64,000 nucleotides of DNA, taken from contig NC_092670.1 of assembly GCF_964355755.1 (NCBI RefSeq), forward strand, positions 35,948,388 through 36,012,387. The letters are read 5' to 3'. Made by a program: the position numbers and the translations under genes. Position 1 is the first letter of the stretch, and each line of letters starts with the position of its first letter. Positions 1-15,061 of this stretch are shown in pieces. The notes beneath the pieces were generated by a model. The model did no database searches, had not been told where the DNA came from, and saw nothing but the letters and a program-made list of their open reading frames with translations. The stretch is from Antedon mediterranea (lineage: Eukaryota; Animalia; Echinodermata).

Positions 1-8
1 CGATTTAC

Positions 9-3000
9 CGTTGATTTTTCGTCGGCTGTCAACACATATTCTCCATCTTTTCCTTTGATTTCAATGAAAATTACGTAATATCCAGGTTCAGCATTTCTTT
101 CACCATCTGAAATAAAAACATAAAAATCTACTATTTACAATTTTAGCATATTCCTTGTTTACAAGCATAATTTGTGGAAAGAATGGAACCTAAAAATTAC
201 CACCAACGCATTAGGCCTAGAGTACGAACCTGGTAGAAGGTCACTCTCCGCGGAAGTGAAATCAACGAGCCGTTGGCTAGGCCATTTTTTTACGCATTTT
301 AATATTGACGTGTATACTGCTGATTCGTCCACTTTTTCACTACGTAGGTTTAATATTTGACCATACCTATAAAACAAAACCGGAAACATGCGTAAAGAAT
401 AAAATACTGATGCAGCATCTGTTGAAAAACACGTTAAAGATGGGCTGTGCAAATATTCCTATGGTACCTCACAAATAGATCGGTAGTATGTAGAGATACA
501 GCACTGGGAATTGGGTGAAATTGTCTGTTGCACTTTTCAATGTATTCAAAGTTTAGGTATTAAGTATTTTCTCCAATTTTTCAAAGTTTATGTTTTCTTC
601 AATTTTTCAAAATTTATTTTGACGTGTTGTGAACTCATTCTCTTACCTGTACTGAAATTCAATCATTGGAGTTGTGTTATAGAAGTCCACAACTTTTATG
701 ACGTCACCAAATCTAAATCTGTATAACCCACATGTCGGGTTGCTTACCACCATTTCGTACTGTTCTCCAACTTTAACAGAATCCCCAAAAATGATTTTTG
801 GGTTTGCGTCTCCGCTAAAAACAAAACATACTGTTTACTCTTTTGTTTGAGAAGGGAATTGTACAGTCCCTTTTAACTTTATATGATAATATTGTATTTG
901 TTTTAATTAATTAATGGAAATTAAAACATAATTCTAAAGTGTATTCGATTAGATCGATTTGAAGAAATAAGAGATATAATATCGTTTATAACAGTGTTTT
1001 TTAATAGCAAGGCACCACTTTTGCAAAATGATCATTCAAATCAATCATTCGCCAGTATATTTACCAGAGGAATTATTGTACCTTATAAAAAATTTAGTTT
1101 CAGTAAAAGCATGGGTTGTAGATTTGTAGTATGATCTACAAAAGGCAACTTTTGACATGTTATTTGTCACTGGAAGTCAATCTACTGATTGTGCTTGTTT
1201 ATCGTTGCTTTGCTCAGAATGTCGAGATACTAAAGCAAGCTTTAAAAAAAAAAGCTAGAAGTAATAGAGCGATCTGAAGAACCTCACAACAGAGGCATTA
1301 AGGAAACGTAATGTTTACAAATACACAAATTAGCCCCTCCAAGGGTGTATTAAGATTTCAAAACAAGCTCGACCGAAGACGTCGCATGTTCTCCATTTTC
1401 TTTATTAGGAATACATACCTTTGTTCTACAGGAATGAATTCATAAATGAGTGCTGCAGGAACTAGAGTGTACCACAAAGGAGGAGTTAGTGAACGATTTA
1501 CTCCAAACAATCCTTCAGTGCCACCGTAAGCTGAGGTTACTTGTAAAAGCCCTGAACAGGATTAGAAAAAAAAAACAATTATTAGGTTTTTATTTCATAG
1601 GCTATGAAGTAACTGATTTCTTTCGAAAATGAATACTTTTTGGTGTTCAAAACCTCATGCCAGCTAATGGAAGTAGGCCTGACTATAGTCTCACGACAGA
1701 ACTCCTGTAGATTGTCGACTACGTGAACGGAAAACAACTGTGTTGGACTATATGTTCACTATAAAGTCTTGTCTAAAAATAGTTCATTTATAACATTTAG
1801 ACAGGCCGTACCTTTAGCGTATGTTCTGCCAAGTTCCTCGTTGCTTGTCCCAAGATTAATACCTGTAAAGTGTTTTAACGTCGGCCAGATTCTTTTTGCG
1901 ATTCCGACAAATCCTTTTTCAAATTCTCTTCTTAAAAACTGGATTCTCTGTGGTACAAATCTGGCTGTGATCTGTTTGTTTATTTCTAGGCGGACGTCAT
2001 CGGGAATATTTAGAGTTGAACTGATACAACCGGTCTCCAAGTCATTCAACATCTGTGGCCAATGCTTCTCCAAAACTTGAAACGCGCTTAGTAGCAAAGG
2101 TGTAAATGGTGACTCGATACTTGCGATATATCGATCACATATACCAAATAGCATGTGTACATAACCTGATTCGAACTCTGTCAAAATGTCGTAGCCAGCT
2201 GATGGAGTGGTGGTAAATGCAGCAAGTATCTTCTTGTGAGATTTTTCTAACATTGACACAGGGCCAACGGGTATTCCTGCTTCTTCGGGTCTAGGAGTCG
2301 AAGGGCAATATACTAGTAAACTGCGCTGTAATGGACTATGCAGTTTAAACCGTTTGTCTTCCATGATAATATGTAATATCAGGGAATTAATTGTTAGTCT
2401 CATGGCAGTTAATGATTGTTTGGTGTATGGTATTTTCTTACTTTTACCAGTTGTTCCCGATGTCAGGGTCAGTCTGACAACTTTGTCTTTCGTCATGACG
2501 TTTCCTTCTCCCTTGCATATCCGATCTATGTATTGTATGTAATGACTGTATTCTGTCAGAGGATGTTTCGCCTTAAATTCATCAAGACTGTGGATCTCGT
2601 GGAACTTAAAATCTTTGCCATACGCAGTCTTTCCATTTTTCTTGAGACCGTCTAAAAGTAACTTCTCCTGTGTCTTTCGGAAATACTTGGTTTGTTTTTC
2701 AAATGACCTCCGACTCGATAATTTAGCAAGTAATCGCATAGTTACATTTAGTGAATATAATATGACTATTGAAAATACGTCATGGTGATCAGACCACAAG
2801 ACAAGCGACATGTGCACGAAGATTATGCCAATTATAGATAACAGTGTAAGCAAGAGCACTGAAAAAAAAGAATAAGGATATTCACAATAAATGCAATTTT
2901 GTACATGCAGCGCATGCGTAAAAACACACACATGTCATTTTATGGCCCAATCTATTCATTGGATGTGCTCTGTCTAATATTATAATATACTCCTTTCGTT

Positions 3001-3780
3001 TTCTAAAAACAGAGTATAATAAAATAAACAGCACAGAAATTGACATTTCTACCAACAGGAAGTGCTTCCTAGTCTACAGCCTGCTCTTTGAACGAATTTG
3101 TTAAAATAGTATTTTCTTTCAGAAAGATTCAGAAGCACGTATTTACCGTTGCAGAACTCTGTACCGACGATAAAAAGGATGTATCTATCTATCTTTCTTC
3201 ATTAAACCTAATTTCCGAAAGAAGTTTTAATTTTCAAACACAAGAACATAAAATTCTTGTTTAGTTTGATTTTAGTTTTCTTTATATATTGTTATTTTTT
3301 GGTTATGGAATTTTGTTATTTTAAAATAAAGTGATCAATCAATCAATCAATATTTTTCGACAAAATAAAATTAGAACTGGTTAAATATTATATGCGGTAG
3401 GCAAATTTACACAGACGGGCGGTAACGTTAAGCGGAAACCCGCGTAGCTTGTCTCACGTATAATCTGTATCTATCCTGAGCGGAAACCGCCAAGTTCCGC
3501 TCCGGCGTGTGTGTAAATGGTCCTAAAGAATAACATAGATCCTATATTTGTATTACCCTATTACCCCACCGTTACCGCTTGCACGTACTATGTTTTGTAT
3601 GATCCGGTATGTTGTAAAGTACACAGTTTGGAATGTGAGAACATTACCTTCTAGAACAGCCAATGTAGGTGATTCGACAGTCTGCAGGCCTACGTTCAGA
3701 GCTACTCCAACACAGCGGTATACACAGCCAGCAAGAACCAAACTACCGACTGCACCAAGAAGAATCCTTGTGCCTCTCAT
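9..3780 (-). CDS. GHDC: GH3 domain-containing protein, copy 1 (last exon lies left of the window)
   Basis: Manually spliced GT-AG exons 3780-3648, 2858-1812, 1551-1419, 814-647, 366-230, 106-9 with consistent phases. GH3 motifs TSGTTG, YGGTEG, YEFIP, GLYRFRFGD, SEKVDE. Hydrophobic N-terminus. Confidence 0.88.
3398..3522. mobile_element. Small MITE-like element in GH3 copy 1 intron 1
   Basis: Imperfect terminal inverted repeats ggcaaatttacacagacg / cgtgtgtgtaaatggtcc around a GC-richer core. Confidence 0.4.
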
Positions 3781-4912
3781 TTTGCTTGCTGAAAAAGTAA
3801 TTCTATGTATACAATGTAATAGTCATACACAACTGGAATGGCTAACCGCCAAATAACAACGTATTATCGCCGTTGACACACTGCCCGGGATTTCACAAGA
3901 GATTGCAATACGAAAATAAATATTTAAACAACCGTTTGAATTGAGAGATGGCAGTATGTGTTTACCAAATGTTTCCTAATCGTTTAGAATTAAGTCACAG
4001 TCAGAGTACATGGTTTTCAAATTACATCGAAACACAACTTATATTCATCATTATATCAGACTTAAAACGTTTTGCATTTTCTATAATCACAAACATCCGA
4101 TCACAGTCCGTATATAGCTTAGAGGTTAGCATCTTGCTTTCACGAGTTCAACTTGGTTTAACTTTACTTGTTTCGATAACTTAGTTATTGAAGTAAAACT
4201 CAAATTGTACAGCATAATACAGTGGATTACCGGTAAAATTGCTAACGGCTTACGTAGGCATTATGAACTTGCAGTTTTTAAATCATGTGTCAATAAATTC
4301 AGAGAACTAAATCAAAACAGTTAGGCCTATTTTACATCATATTATACTAGTTGACATTTTATTTTCCAGTATCAATACCACGGCATTGAAAAGGTGGCTT
4401 TACGGCTGTCAAATGACCAAACAACATTATAACTCCAAAACTTAGTGTTACGTTATAAAACAACATTAACATTTACTTTAATACATAGGCATAAACAAAG
4501 GCAATTATATTCTTTTTAAAAAGACATTTTCAAAGTTCGTAATTACATTTATTTTGAGGTAAGCTTAGTTCTAATAGCAAGGACGTAAGCCAAGTTACTT
4601 GCGTTGCACTTGCGTACTTGCATTGCGTTGGGTGCAAAATGCGTAGTGGAAATACATCAGTGCTTCATTACTGTTAGAATATCCAAAGCAAAAGTCAATC
4701 ATGATCTCTCCTTGTCTTTATAAATATCAGAAATTGTACTGAGACTTTTCGTTTTGTATACTAATATTTATGTCAGATGAATCATGATTTTCCAGTATTA
4801 TAAATAACATAACGTAACATTAATGTTTTAACATAAACAATTGTTTCCAATATAAGGTGTTCACGTAAATATGATTTTACTTCCGACATGACCCACCATT
4901 TTACTAGGTCCT

Positions 4913-7900
4913 TCAGTCTGATGTCTGATCTAAAATAAATGCGACAGTGCCTTCTGTTTTGAGTTTTCGTGGCTGTTTAAACTGGTTAAAAGTAGCTGTG
5001 GAATTGTCAACGATGTAATTCTTCAGTCTTGCAAATCCACCTGGTTTGACAAAGAGGACGTCTGCCGTACCGATACCGTTTTGGGAACGCCACATTTTGT
5101 ACAAGGCCGCGTGCTCACAAAGTTCAGAATCCAGCTAAACAAAAAAGACAATTAAAATATATTCTGGCATATCACTTATTATTTTATTGTTATGATTTGT
5201 ACATGACAAGAAAGAGAATGAAATGTTTTTTTGATTGATTTATTAATTATTATAGGCCTAAGCCGTATATCTGTGTAGGCCTACATACAATCACAATGTA
5301 GGCTAAACGCACGTCTACATCCATGCTCACCATTATAATATATTATTTTTCATACATGTGTTGTTGATCACTGATTAATTGAATGTGAAAGTGTTGCTGG
5401 ATTTTGGTTTACTACTTTACTTGATTTTTACTTACTAGTGTACTTATATGTTCTCCGATGTCACCTTTATTTCCTTCCACTTCCACGAACACCACATAGT
5501 AATGTGGACCTTGCCGCTTGGCAGAATCTAAACAGTAGTAGAAATATTACAATTTTCTTTTGGATCATATTACGTGAAATAAAAACATTATGTTTCCGAT
5601 TCTCCTTCATAGCCTTAATTCTTCAGACTTTTCTGGAACATTGATTGGTTGGTACATTTTTTGTTTATTTATCTTGATTCTTCGGTTGATTGATCCATTT
5701 AAGTACATTGATTTGGTATTGATTGGATTTGATGATTGATTAAATTCTTATTGATAAATTACTGATTAAATTATCTTAAGTTAGGCCTATCAATTACAGT
5801 ATAATGATTGGTTAATCTATGATTGTAGAATTTATTTGATTGATTTTGATTGATTTAAAGTGATTAATAACTTTATCAACAATTCATTTTTAATTATTGA
5901 TCCGTTGATTGATGGAAAGCTTATTGGCAATTTATTGATTTGTATTGACTACACTAGATGTGAAACGTTTACAGTACCTGGCATCAGAAAGCTTTCAGCA
6001 CAAGCATATTCAATAAGTGTAATCCCTGAAAACTGTCTGAATGTATTCTCCAGAGCCTTACGCATGCAAACCTCATCAACCTTCTCTCCACGAATGCTTA
6101 GCAACTGGCCGTACCTAAAGATGGAAAACACATTCACGGTACAGTGTATAGCAGTGCATTAAGCCCTACTGCTTATAGTTTATACCATTAAGTAGATATT
6201 GTAAGGCTCTGTGGTTTAATTTCCATTAGAAAATAGCTTTTAATAACTCTCTAATGGTAGTAATAGTAGCGTTGTTGCTTTTTAGTTTTAAGTATCTTTG
6301 ATTTAGTAAACATACATAGATAGAATTTATTTAAACGTATTTGTTTTTATACTGTATGTTAGTGTAAGATCATAACATATGACAGGTGAATGCTGTTGCA
6401 TTTTCAATGTTAGATCATGTTCTTACTTATCTTTCATGTATTCAATAGATATCCTATTTGATTTATTTTAAATACCTGTACTGAAACTCAACAACAGGAG
6501 ATTCATTGTAAAAGTCGACTACTTTAATGACGTCACCAATTCGAAATCGATATAACCCACATGTCCAGTTACTGACTACAAGCTCATATATTTGTCCAAC
6601 TTTTACTTGGTCACCAAAATATGTATTAGGATTATTTTCTTCGCTGAATAAAAATAAAATAAAATAGTTTAGCGTATAGGCCTAGTTTATGTAAAATATA
6701 TCGCTAGTGCGTAGCAATGTACATACGTATCACCAGCCAAACTTAATGTCATCTTTAAAAATAAACAGATGAGTTAAAGATTAATGAGTTTTAACATCTA
6801 ATTTGAATCTTATATTTATTAATCTTCATACTTTCATCTTTCATAGTCTTTGACTTGTTTGTTTTGTAAGCTTACTTCTTTTAAACATATAAAATTAACA
6901 TTAATAATAATAATGATGGTAGTCTTATATAGCGCCTAATACAATGTTTCTAAGAACTTCACACAGAAAAATAATCCATTAAATATTCCAAGATAGCCAA
7001 AAAACGTAAAACAGAGAAACCATTTAGGCCTACATCGCTTCGTTCTCCAGCATTTTAAAGCTCCTATTTAAACAGAGTGAAAAGGCATCTGTCTATCTTA
7101 TCCTACCAAAATAAGAAGTAATGTGTTGCCTCGTCAATAGCTTGTGCCAGATCATTCATGAGCAGATGAAAAGATAAATGATTCGTTGCCATAAAACAGT
7201 GTAGATAATCGTAAATACCTAGGAGGACAATATGGTGCGATAAGCTCATCCTATAAGATGGCGAAGTATTTTAGTAGGATGAAACAATCGATTGTCTAGG
7301 CCATATGTTGATTTGCAAACTAAATCCATCACCTTGTTTGAAAAAAATTGGGGCAAACATTATTATAATAGCTTACCTTTCATCAATTGGAATAAACTCA
7401 AACAAAACTGAATCTGGAACCAAGGTATAACGGTGAGGTGGAGGTCTCAGCATGGTTAAATTAACACCGTAGAAGCCCTCAGTCCCTAGATACCGCTCCG
7501 AGGCAAACGCTACGCCTATAAATAACAAAATATATATCACCCCGGTAGTAATTATGTAATTATGAAATAGTGTTATCGATCCATCATGTCCGCTGTCAAT
7601 TCTATATTAGTTTCAGTTACTGTTAGCTATTTGTTTACACTAAAATAAAGTTGAAAATTGAGCTTTATAACTTTAAAATATATGTAACAGAATAAGTACA
7701 GCAATGTTACCTTTCATATATGTATTACAAAGCTTGTCGGCACATCTGTTAAGATCTGTTCCAAGCCAAACACGTAGTTTAGGCCATATGCGTTTGCCTA
7801 TTCCGTCGAAGCCTTTCTCAAATTCTCTTCTTAAGAACTGCACTCTATCCGGATTACATTTACCTTTTAACTTCTCTTCTAGATCTGCACGGACTTCGAC

Positions 7901-9039
7901 AGGAATATTTAACTTCGACCACAATGAACCTCCTTCGATGTCTTTTAGCATTTGTTCCCAGTGTGTTTCAAGTGTTTTAAAAGCAGTTATTAGTAGCGGT
8001 GTGAACAGCACAGTAATTGATTTTAAAAATCTATCACGAATACCAAATAACAAATGAACATAACACGCTTCAAACTCAGTTGAAATGTCAAAACCTGAAA
8101 TTGGTGTAGAATAGATTTGTAAATAGTTCTTGTAGGATTTGGGAATTACTGACCCAGCAACTACAGCAATACCGCTTTCGGGTGGTAAACTCTCTGGGCA
8201 CACGAACATATAAAGCGTGCGACGCAAAGGGCTGCTCGTGCTGAACGTTTTAGCAACACATTTCGGTGCCAGTAAAGTGATAGGCTTCGAAAACCTCCAA
8301 ACAGCGTCAATTGTATATGGTATTTTCTTCCCTTTTCCAGTAGTTCCCGATGTTATTCTCAACTGAATAACCTCATCTTTTGTGAGAACATTTAGTTCTC
8401 CAGCGCAGATGCGATCAACATATTTCTCATAGTGACTATACGTGGTCAACGGATGCCTCGTCTTGAATTCCCCAAGACTGTGAATATCACCAAGATGAAA
8501 CTCTTTGCCATATATGGTATTTTGATTATGACGTAGCCCATTGAGGATATATTTTTCTTGTGTCTTTCTGAATTTCTTTGTTAGCTTCTCAAACGACTTA
8601 AACACGAAAAAAGACGTAATTTGGCATACTATGTTGATCAGATAGAGTAGATATAGAGATGATGCATCTAGATGGTCAGACCATTCCAGTGACGATATGT
8701 GAACAAGATTCAATCCTAACAGTGTACAAAACAGGAGCACAATAGCTGAAATTGGAAACATTTTAATAGTTCAATGACTGTCTACTGGTGACCTTCTAGA
8801 GGAAAGAATAAAAGAATATACAAATGTCCTATCTTTGTAGTCATAATATTTGCTTTTGGGCTTGTATTCCGGTCCAAACAAAATTTTAATAATTTAAACA
8901 CCTTACCTTCTACAACAACCAAAACGGGTGCTTCGATAGTCTGATGGCCTACGTTAAGAACTATTCCAATGAAGCGGTATACACAGCAGGCAAGAACCAA
9001 ACTACCGACTGCACCAATAATAATCTTCGGGCCTCTCAT
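4913..9039 (-). CDS. GHDC: GH3 domain-containing protein, copy 2 (intact, 7 exons)
   Basis: Exons 9039-8907, 8745-7711, 7515-7377, 6643-6476, 6114-5978, 5527-5436, 5134-4913. Motifs TSGTTG, YLGTEG, GLYRFRIGD, RGEKVDE and C-terminal QFKQPR. Confidence 0.9.
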
Positions 9040-9507
9040 TTTGTGTTGACTAGCCAATTAAACAATGACTATAGATCAATCGCAATAGAAGAACATCAGC
9101 AATGTACCATTCTTATTAAGCATGTAAGATAATGGCAAGTAAGATAACAAACACAAATATTGAAACTACGATTGCAAACTCTAGTATCGTTAGTGTCACA
9201 CCACCTGATACGGTATCATGTCTAGCGATATTAAAAACAACCTACAGTGTGTTGTCTTTTGTCGTCATTACAGGAAAAATGATAGTTTAATCACTTTTAT
9301 TGCAATCATAAAACATAGCAACATCAATATCGTCATTTCCAGTTCCGGCTTAGTCACTAAGTCAAGGGCACTTTGTTTTCTTATTGCAGCAAATAATAAG
9401 TTTCTTAAATCATAGACGATTTAAAACTTTATTTTCTATAACCATTTTACAAGAGATTCTTCATTTCATATATGTTGTGTCTATAGGCACACAGCCTCCA
9501 AAAAATA

Positions 9508-9990
9508 CAGGGAAGGTTTCACCTCCCGACATCAGGGACGGTGTCACCTTCAGACATCAGAGAAGGTTTCACCTTCAGACATTAGGAAGGGTGTCACCTC
9601 CAGACATCAGAAAAGGTGTTACATCCAGACATCAGGGAAGGTGTCACCTACTGACATTAGGGAAGGTGTCACCTTCAGACATCAGGAAAGGTGTCATCTC
9701 CAGACGTCAGGGAATGTTTCACCTCCAGACACCAGGAAAGGTTTCACCTCCAGACATCTGGGAAGGTGCCACATCCAGACATCAGGAAAGGTGTCATCTT
9801 TAGACATCAGGAAGGTGTCACCTTTAGATATCAATAAAGGTATCACCTTCAGACATCAAGAAAGATATCACCTCCAGAGGTCAGGGAATGTTTTACCTCC
9901 AGACATCAAGAAAGGTATCACCTCCAGAGGTCAGAGAATGTTTTACCTCCAGACATAAGGGTTAATGTTTCAACTCCAGACATCAGGGAT
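9508..9990. repeat. 25-bp minisatellite, about 19 diverged copies
   Basis: Unit cagggaaggtgtcacctccagacat; cagacat recurs at 9551, 9576, 9601. Confidence 0.9.
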
Positions 9991-10926
9991 GTTGTTTCTG
10001 ACAAAACTCTACAAAAATAGATGGTTTCGAACTTTCTTAATACAAATTGAATACTAATAATACACAATATGAATTTCCATTTGAAATACAGTAATTGGAT
10101 TAAAAATAATTATTAATACACACAAGTTAACGAATATTATAGTTTCCCAATATTGAGAAATATCATTATGATCATTTAGATACATTCTCTATAGGCATAT
10201 TCTCTGATCTAAAATATACGCAACAGCGCCTGATGTTTTTAGCTTTCGTGGCTGCTTAAACTGGTTAAATGTAGCTGTAGAATTGCTAATGATGAAATTC
10301 CTCATTTTTGCAAATCCACCTGGCTTCACGACAATGACTTCCATTGTTCCGATTCCGTTTTGGGAACGCCACACTTTGTAGAGGGCCGCCAATTTGCAAA
10401 GTTCAGCATCAAACTAGGAAATTTAGAAATGTGGATATATTACAATTAATGATATTATTGTTATGAGCGCAAATCACATGGCAACTGGAAGAGGCCGGCA
10501 GCGTTCGGATTGTTGCTCCGTAGCGGAACAATTAAATACAGCGCACTCTACAGTTTAGTTTTCATTTTCATAATATCTATAGGCCTATCTCATCATTCTG
10601 ATAAGAGTTCAATAGAACCATATCGAATGTAAATAGTTGAAACCAACGCAACATGATATGAAATCAACCAATCAAATCAAATCAATTCCAAACTTGTCGC
10701 AGAGGCGCAAATAACTTGGCCAATGATCAGCGACGGCATTTATGAATGAAAATCGTCGAATATTTGTAAAAATTACGAAATTCAACTTACTATTGTGCTT
10801 ATGTTTCCAATATTCTTAACTGCGTTTCCCGTAGCTTCCAATTCGACGAATACTACATAGTAATATGGACCTTGCCGCTTACAAGAATCTGAACATGAAA
10901 AAGATATTTCCTATTTTGCATGCATT

Positions 10927-11598
10927 GATCATCGATCATTACCATTTGTATTTATCGATCATTACCATTTGTATTGATCGATCATTACCATTTGTATTGA
11001 TCGATCATTACCATTTGTATTGATCGATCATTACCATTTGTATTGATCGATCATTACCATTTGTATTTATCGATCATTACCATTTGTATTGATCGATCAT
11101 TACCATTTGTATTGATCGATCATTACCATTTGTATTGATCGATCATTACCATTTGTATTGATCGATCATTACCATTTGTATTGATCGATCATTACCATTT
11201 GTATTTATCGATCATTACCGTTTGTATTTATCGATCATTACCATTTGTATTTATCGATCATTACCATTTGTATTAATCGATCATTACCATTTGTATTGAC
11301 CGAACATTACCATTAATAATGATCGATCATTACCATTTGTATTGATCGATCATTACCTTTTGTATTAATCGATCATTACCATTTGTATTGATCGATCATT
11401 ACCATTTGTATTGATCGATCATTACCATTTGTTTTGATCGATCATTACCGTTTGTATTTATCGATCATTACCGTTTGTATTTATCGATCATTACTATTTG
11501 TATTGATCGATCATTACCATTTGTATTTATCGATCATAACCATTTGTATTGATCGATCATTACCATTTGTATTTATCAATCATTACCATTTGTATTGA
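10927..11598. repeat. 23-bp tandem repeat (about 29 copies) in intron 5 of GH3 copy 3
   Basis: Unit gatcgatcattaccatttgtatt. Confidence 0.95.
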
Positions 11599-14500
11599 TA
11601 AATAACTGCAGGGTCGATGTATACATTCATTGATTGGAACCGATTGCCAGCGGTATAGAAATATAATGGTTGGTTGTATGCATGACGAGGCCTATATTAA
11701 TTTATTGATCGCATTTGACCAGATTTTATCGATTAGAACATTAAATCTGAAACGTGTACAGTACCTGGCATCAATAAGCTTTCAGCACAAGCATAGTCAA
11801 TAAGTTTAATTCCTGAAAACTGTTTCACTGTGTTCTCCAGAGCCTTATGCATAGACACTTCATCAACCTTCTCTCCACGAAGGCTCAGCAACTGGCCGCA
11901 TCTGTGAACAATCGATAGAAGACCACACCAAATATATCGATAGTATACTTAACTCTTGCTATGTATGATATGAAATATTAGATTTGGCAAATGATTCATT
12001 TACTTTTATACAGTAATAATATATTTATAATTTTCCTAAAATTAAGAAATTAATAAGACTATCGATATTTTTTTTACAGTTTGTCAATTTTTAAATCTAA
12101 AGTTCTTAAAGCTTTAATTTTTACTTTTTGTATGTTTCATTCAGTTTTAGCGTATATTTTTATATCTAAAAAGGCATTTTTCGCTGTTGGATGTAGAAAA
12201 AAAACAACAAAAAATTGAAAAAAAACCAAAAATTATAATCAATGAATGTTAACTGCGCCAACATGTTTGCGATACTAATTTTCCATTTACAAAAACTAGC
12301 TTCACCGCACCAGTGTAGACATTTTAAAGTCAAATAACTATTTGACTTTAAAATGTCTACACTGGTGCTATATCAAATTATTATTTGTGTTTTCTTGTTT
12401 GATATACCTGTACTGAAACTCAACAACAGGAGACTCATTGTAAAAATATACTACTTTGATGACGTCACCAAATCGAAATCGACATATTCCACCACACAGT
12501 TACTGACTACAAGCTCATATATTTGTCCAACTTTTACCTGGTCTCCAAAAAATGTGTCTGGATTATTTTCTTCACTGAATAAAAAAATATAGGAAAATAT
12601 TATTTTCTGTCCATGACAGAGATACACATATGACATTAAGGAAACGTGCATCATTAATAAAACTATATTAAAAAATATATATAAATATAAGCAATGATAA
12701 CAATGTGCACGACTTACCATTGTTCAACCGGAATAAACTCAAATAAAATTACATCGGGAATCAAAGTGTAACGATGAGGTGGCGGTCTAAGAATAGTTAG
12801 ATTAATACCATATAAGCCTTCAGTACCTAAATATTGCGGCGAGATAAAAGCTACGCCTACAGTAAAAGATATTTGTGGTTAGTACGGTACGGATAGGTAT
12901 ATAAACATATAGCTACTGAACATTGTTTAACTTAACGAAAGTTATAGTATAGTACCTAGTCTGGGTTTCTGATGGAGTTTTGACTTGATATTAATACAGA
13001 GATAAATATTTTGGCACATATGGCGTTTCATATGTAGAGCTTGAGCTTGTGAACTCTTTATTTTCAGACAAAAATGGAAACGTCGACTGGTGGATTAACA
13101 TAGCAAAAAATAAATAATAATAAATACAGACTTGGAGCAAGTCTATATAGTACCATTGACAATGTGTTCATTTTTCCATGGTATTACTGATAATAAAAAT
13201 GTGAGACATATGGAATATTGATGCTCGGATAGGCCTAGAGTTAGGTCTATATTATGTGATTGATCAAAACTCAATCCAATAGTACAAATTGAATCTATCT
13301 AAAGCACAATATGTATTTATACCTAACTTTGTTCTGTTACCATAAAATTAAATCACCTTTCATGTAGGTATTCTGGAGCGGGTCGGCACATCTGTTGAGA
13401 TCTGTTCCAACACGAACAGACAGTTTAGGCCATATTCTTTTGCTTATTCCGTCGAAGCTTTTTTGAAATTCTTTTCTCAAGAAATGGCCTCTATCCGGGT
13501 TGAATTTACCTTTTAATTTCTCTTCTAGATCTTCACGAACGTCTACAGGAATATCTAACTTCGACCATAATGAACCTTTTTCGATGTCTGTTAGCATATG
13601 TTCCCAGTGTGTTTCGAGTGTTTTAAAAGCCGTTAGTATTATCGGTGTGAATAGACCATTCATTTCCTTTAAAAATCTATCACGAATACCAAATAACATG
13701 TGAACGTAACACGCTTCAAACTCAGTTGAAATGTCAAATCCTAAAATTGGTGTAGAATAGATTTGTAAGTACTTCTTGTAGGATGGAGTCATCGCTGATC
13801 CAGGCTGTACAGGAATGCCGCTTTCAGAAGGTAATCCCTTGGCGCAACAAAAATATAAATTCTCCGTTGCAATGGATTAACTGTTCCTCTAAATGTATTG
13901 CATAAAGTGCTACGTGCTATGAATGCGACAGGCTTTGCAAAATACCAAAAGCTTACATCTGTATATGGTATTTTCTTTCCTTTTCCCGTAGTTCCCGATG
14001 TCAGTGTCAGTCTGACAACGTCATCCTTTGTCATAACGTTTGTTTCTCCGGCGCAGATGCGATCAACGTAATTCTCATAGTGACTATACGTTGTCAACGG
14101 ATGCCTCGTCTTGAATTCCTCAAGACTGTTGATATCACCAAGATGAAACTCTTTGCCATATACGGTATTTGTATTATATCGAAGCCCGTTGATGATATAT
14201 TTTTCTTGTGTCTCTCTGAATTTCTTTGTTTGCCTCTCAAACGAATTCAACACGAAAAAAGACGTAATTTGGAATACTATGTTTCTCCAATAGAGTAGAT
14301 ATAGGGATGATGCATCTAGATGATCAGACCATGTCAGTGAAGATATGTGTACAAGACACACTGCCAAAACAGTACAAAACAAGAGTATAATAGCTAAAAT
14401 TAGAAAAAAAAATGATTCTAGGCAATCTACCGCATTGTGTATAAACACATTTCAACTATATATTTTACTAAGCTATACATTGATTTTTCGAGTAGAAATG

Positions 14501-15061
14501 ACAATTGAACAAATAATTATATAAAACATGTACTTGTCCCCAAATTAAATAGTTTGTGTTTATCTTTGTATCCTCAACTATTTAACCCTTTTGTTTGTTT
14601 TCTAAATAAAAAGTTTACGAAATTTAAAAGCCATCTAATATTTCAAACCAGATTCAAAATCAACCCAGTACGAAAGTTCAAGTAGCCCACAGCACAGGTA
14701 GTCACTAACTTTTTTGTTATTTCAGAGTTCAGCCGAAAATTCGATTACATATGAGTTCTATCTAACATATTTATTTTAAGGTTTTTAATTTAGAATTGCG
14801 AATGTTGTAGTTATCTTTTTTTATCTTGCATAATATGAAAAGAAACACTGTTTTCTTCAAATAAAAGATTAAATAATGGTCTTTAAATGTTAATATGCAT
14901 TTTTTATATTGTCATTATTGAAATAAAGTGAAAATAAAATTATATGATAGAGAAGTGTATAAAGTTGCCAGAAAAACTTCAATCAAGATTTCCACATTAT
15001 TAATAGTGTTTTGTTACAGTAGTGTACTAAATTGTTATTTTAATCACAACCAGCAGAAATA

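Noticed and set aside
1769-2080. Plus-strand ORF recurring in GH3 copies (also 7704-8057, 13500-13703, 21953-22285)
   Set aside because: Antisense shadows of conserved GH3 exon 2.
9384-9958. Repetitive ORFs of 139 and 105 aa
   Set aside because: Translations of the 25-bp minisatellite.
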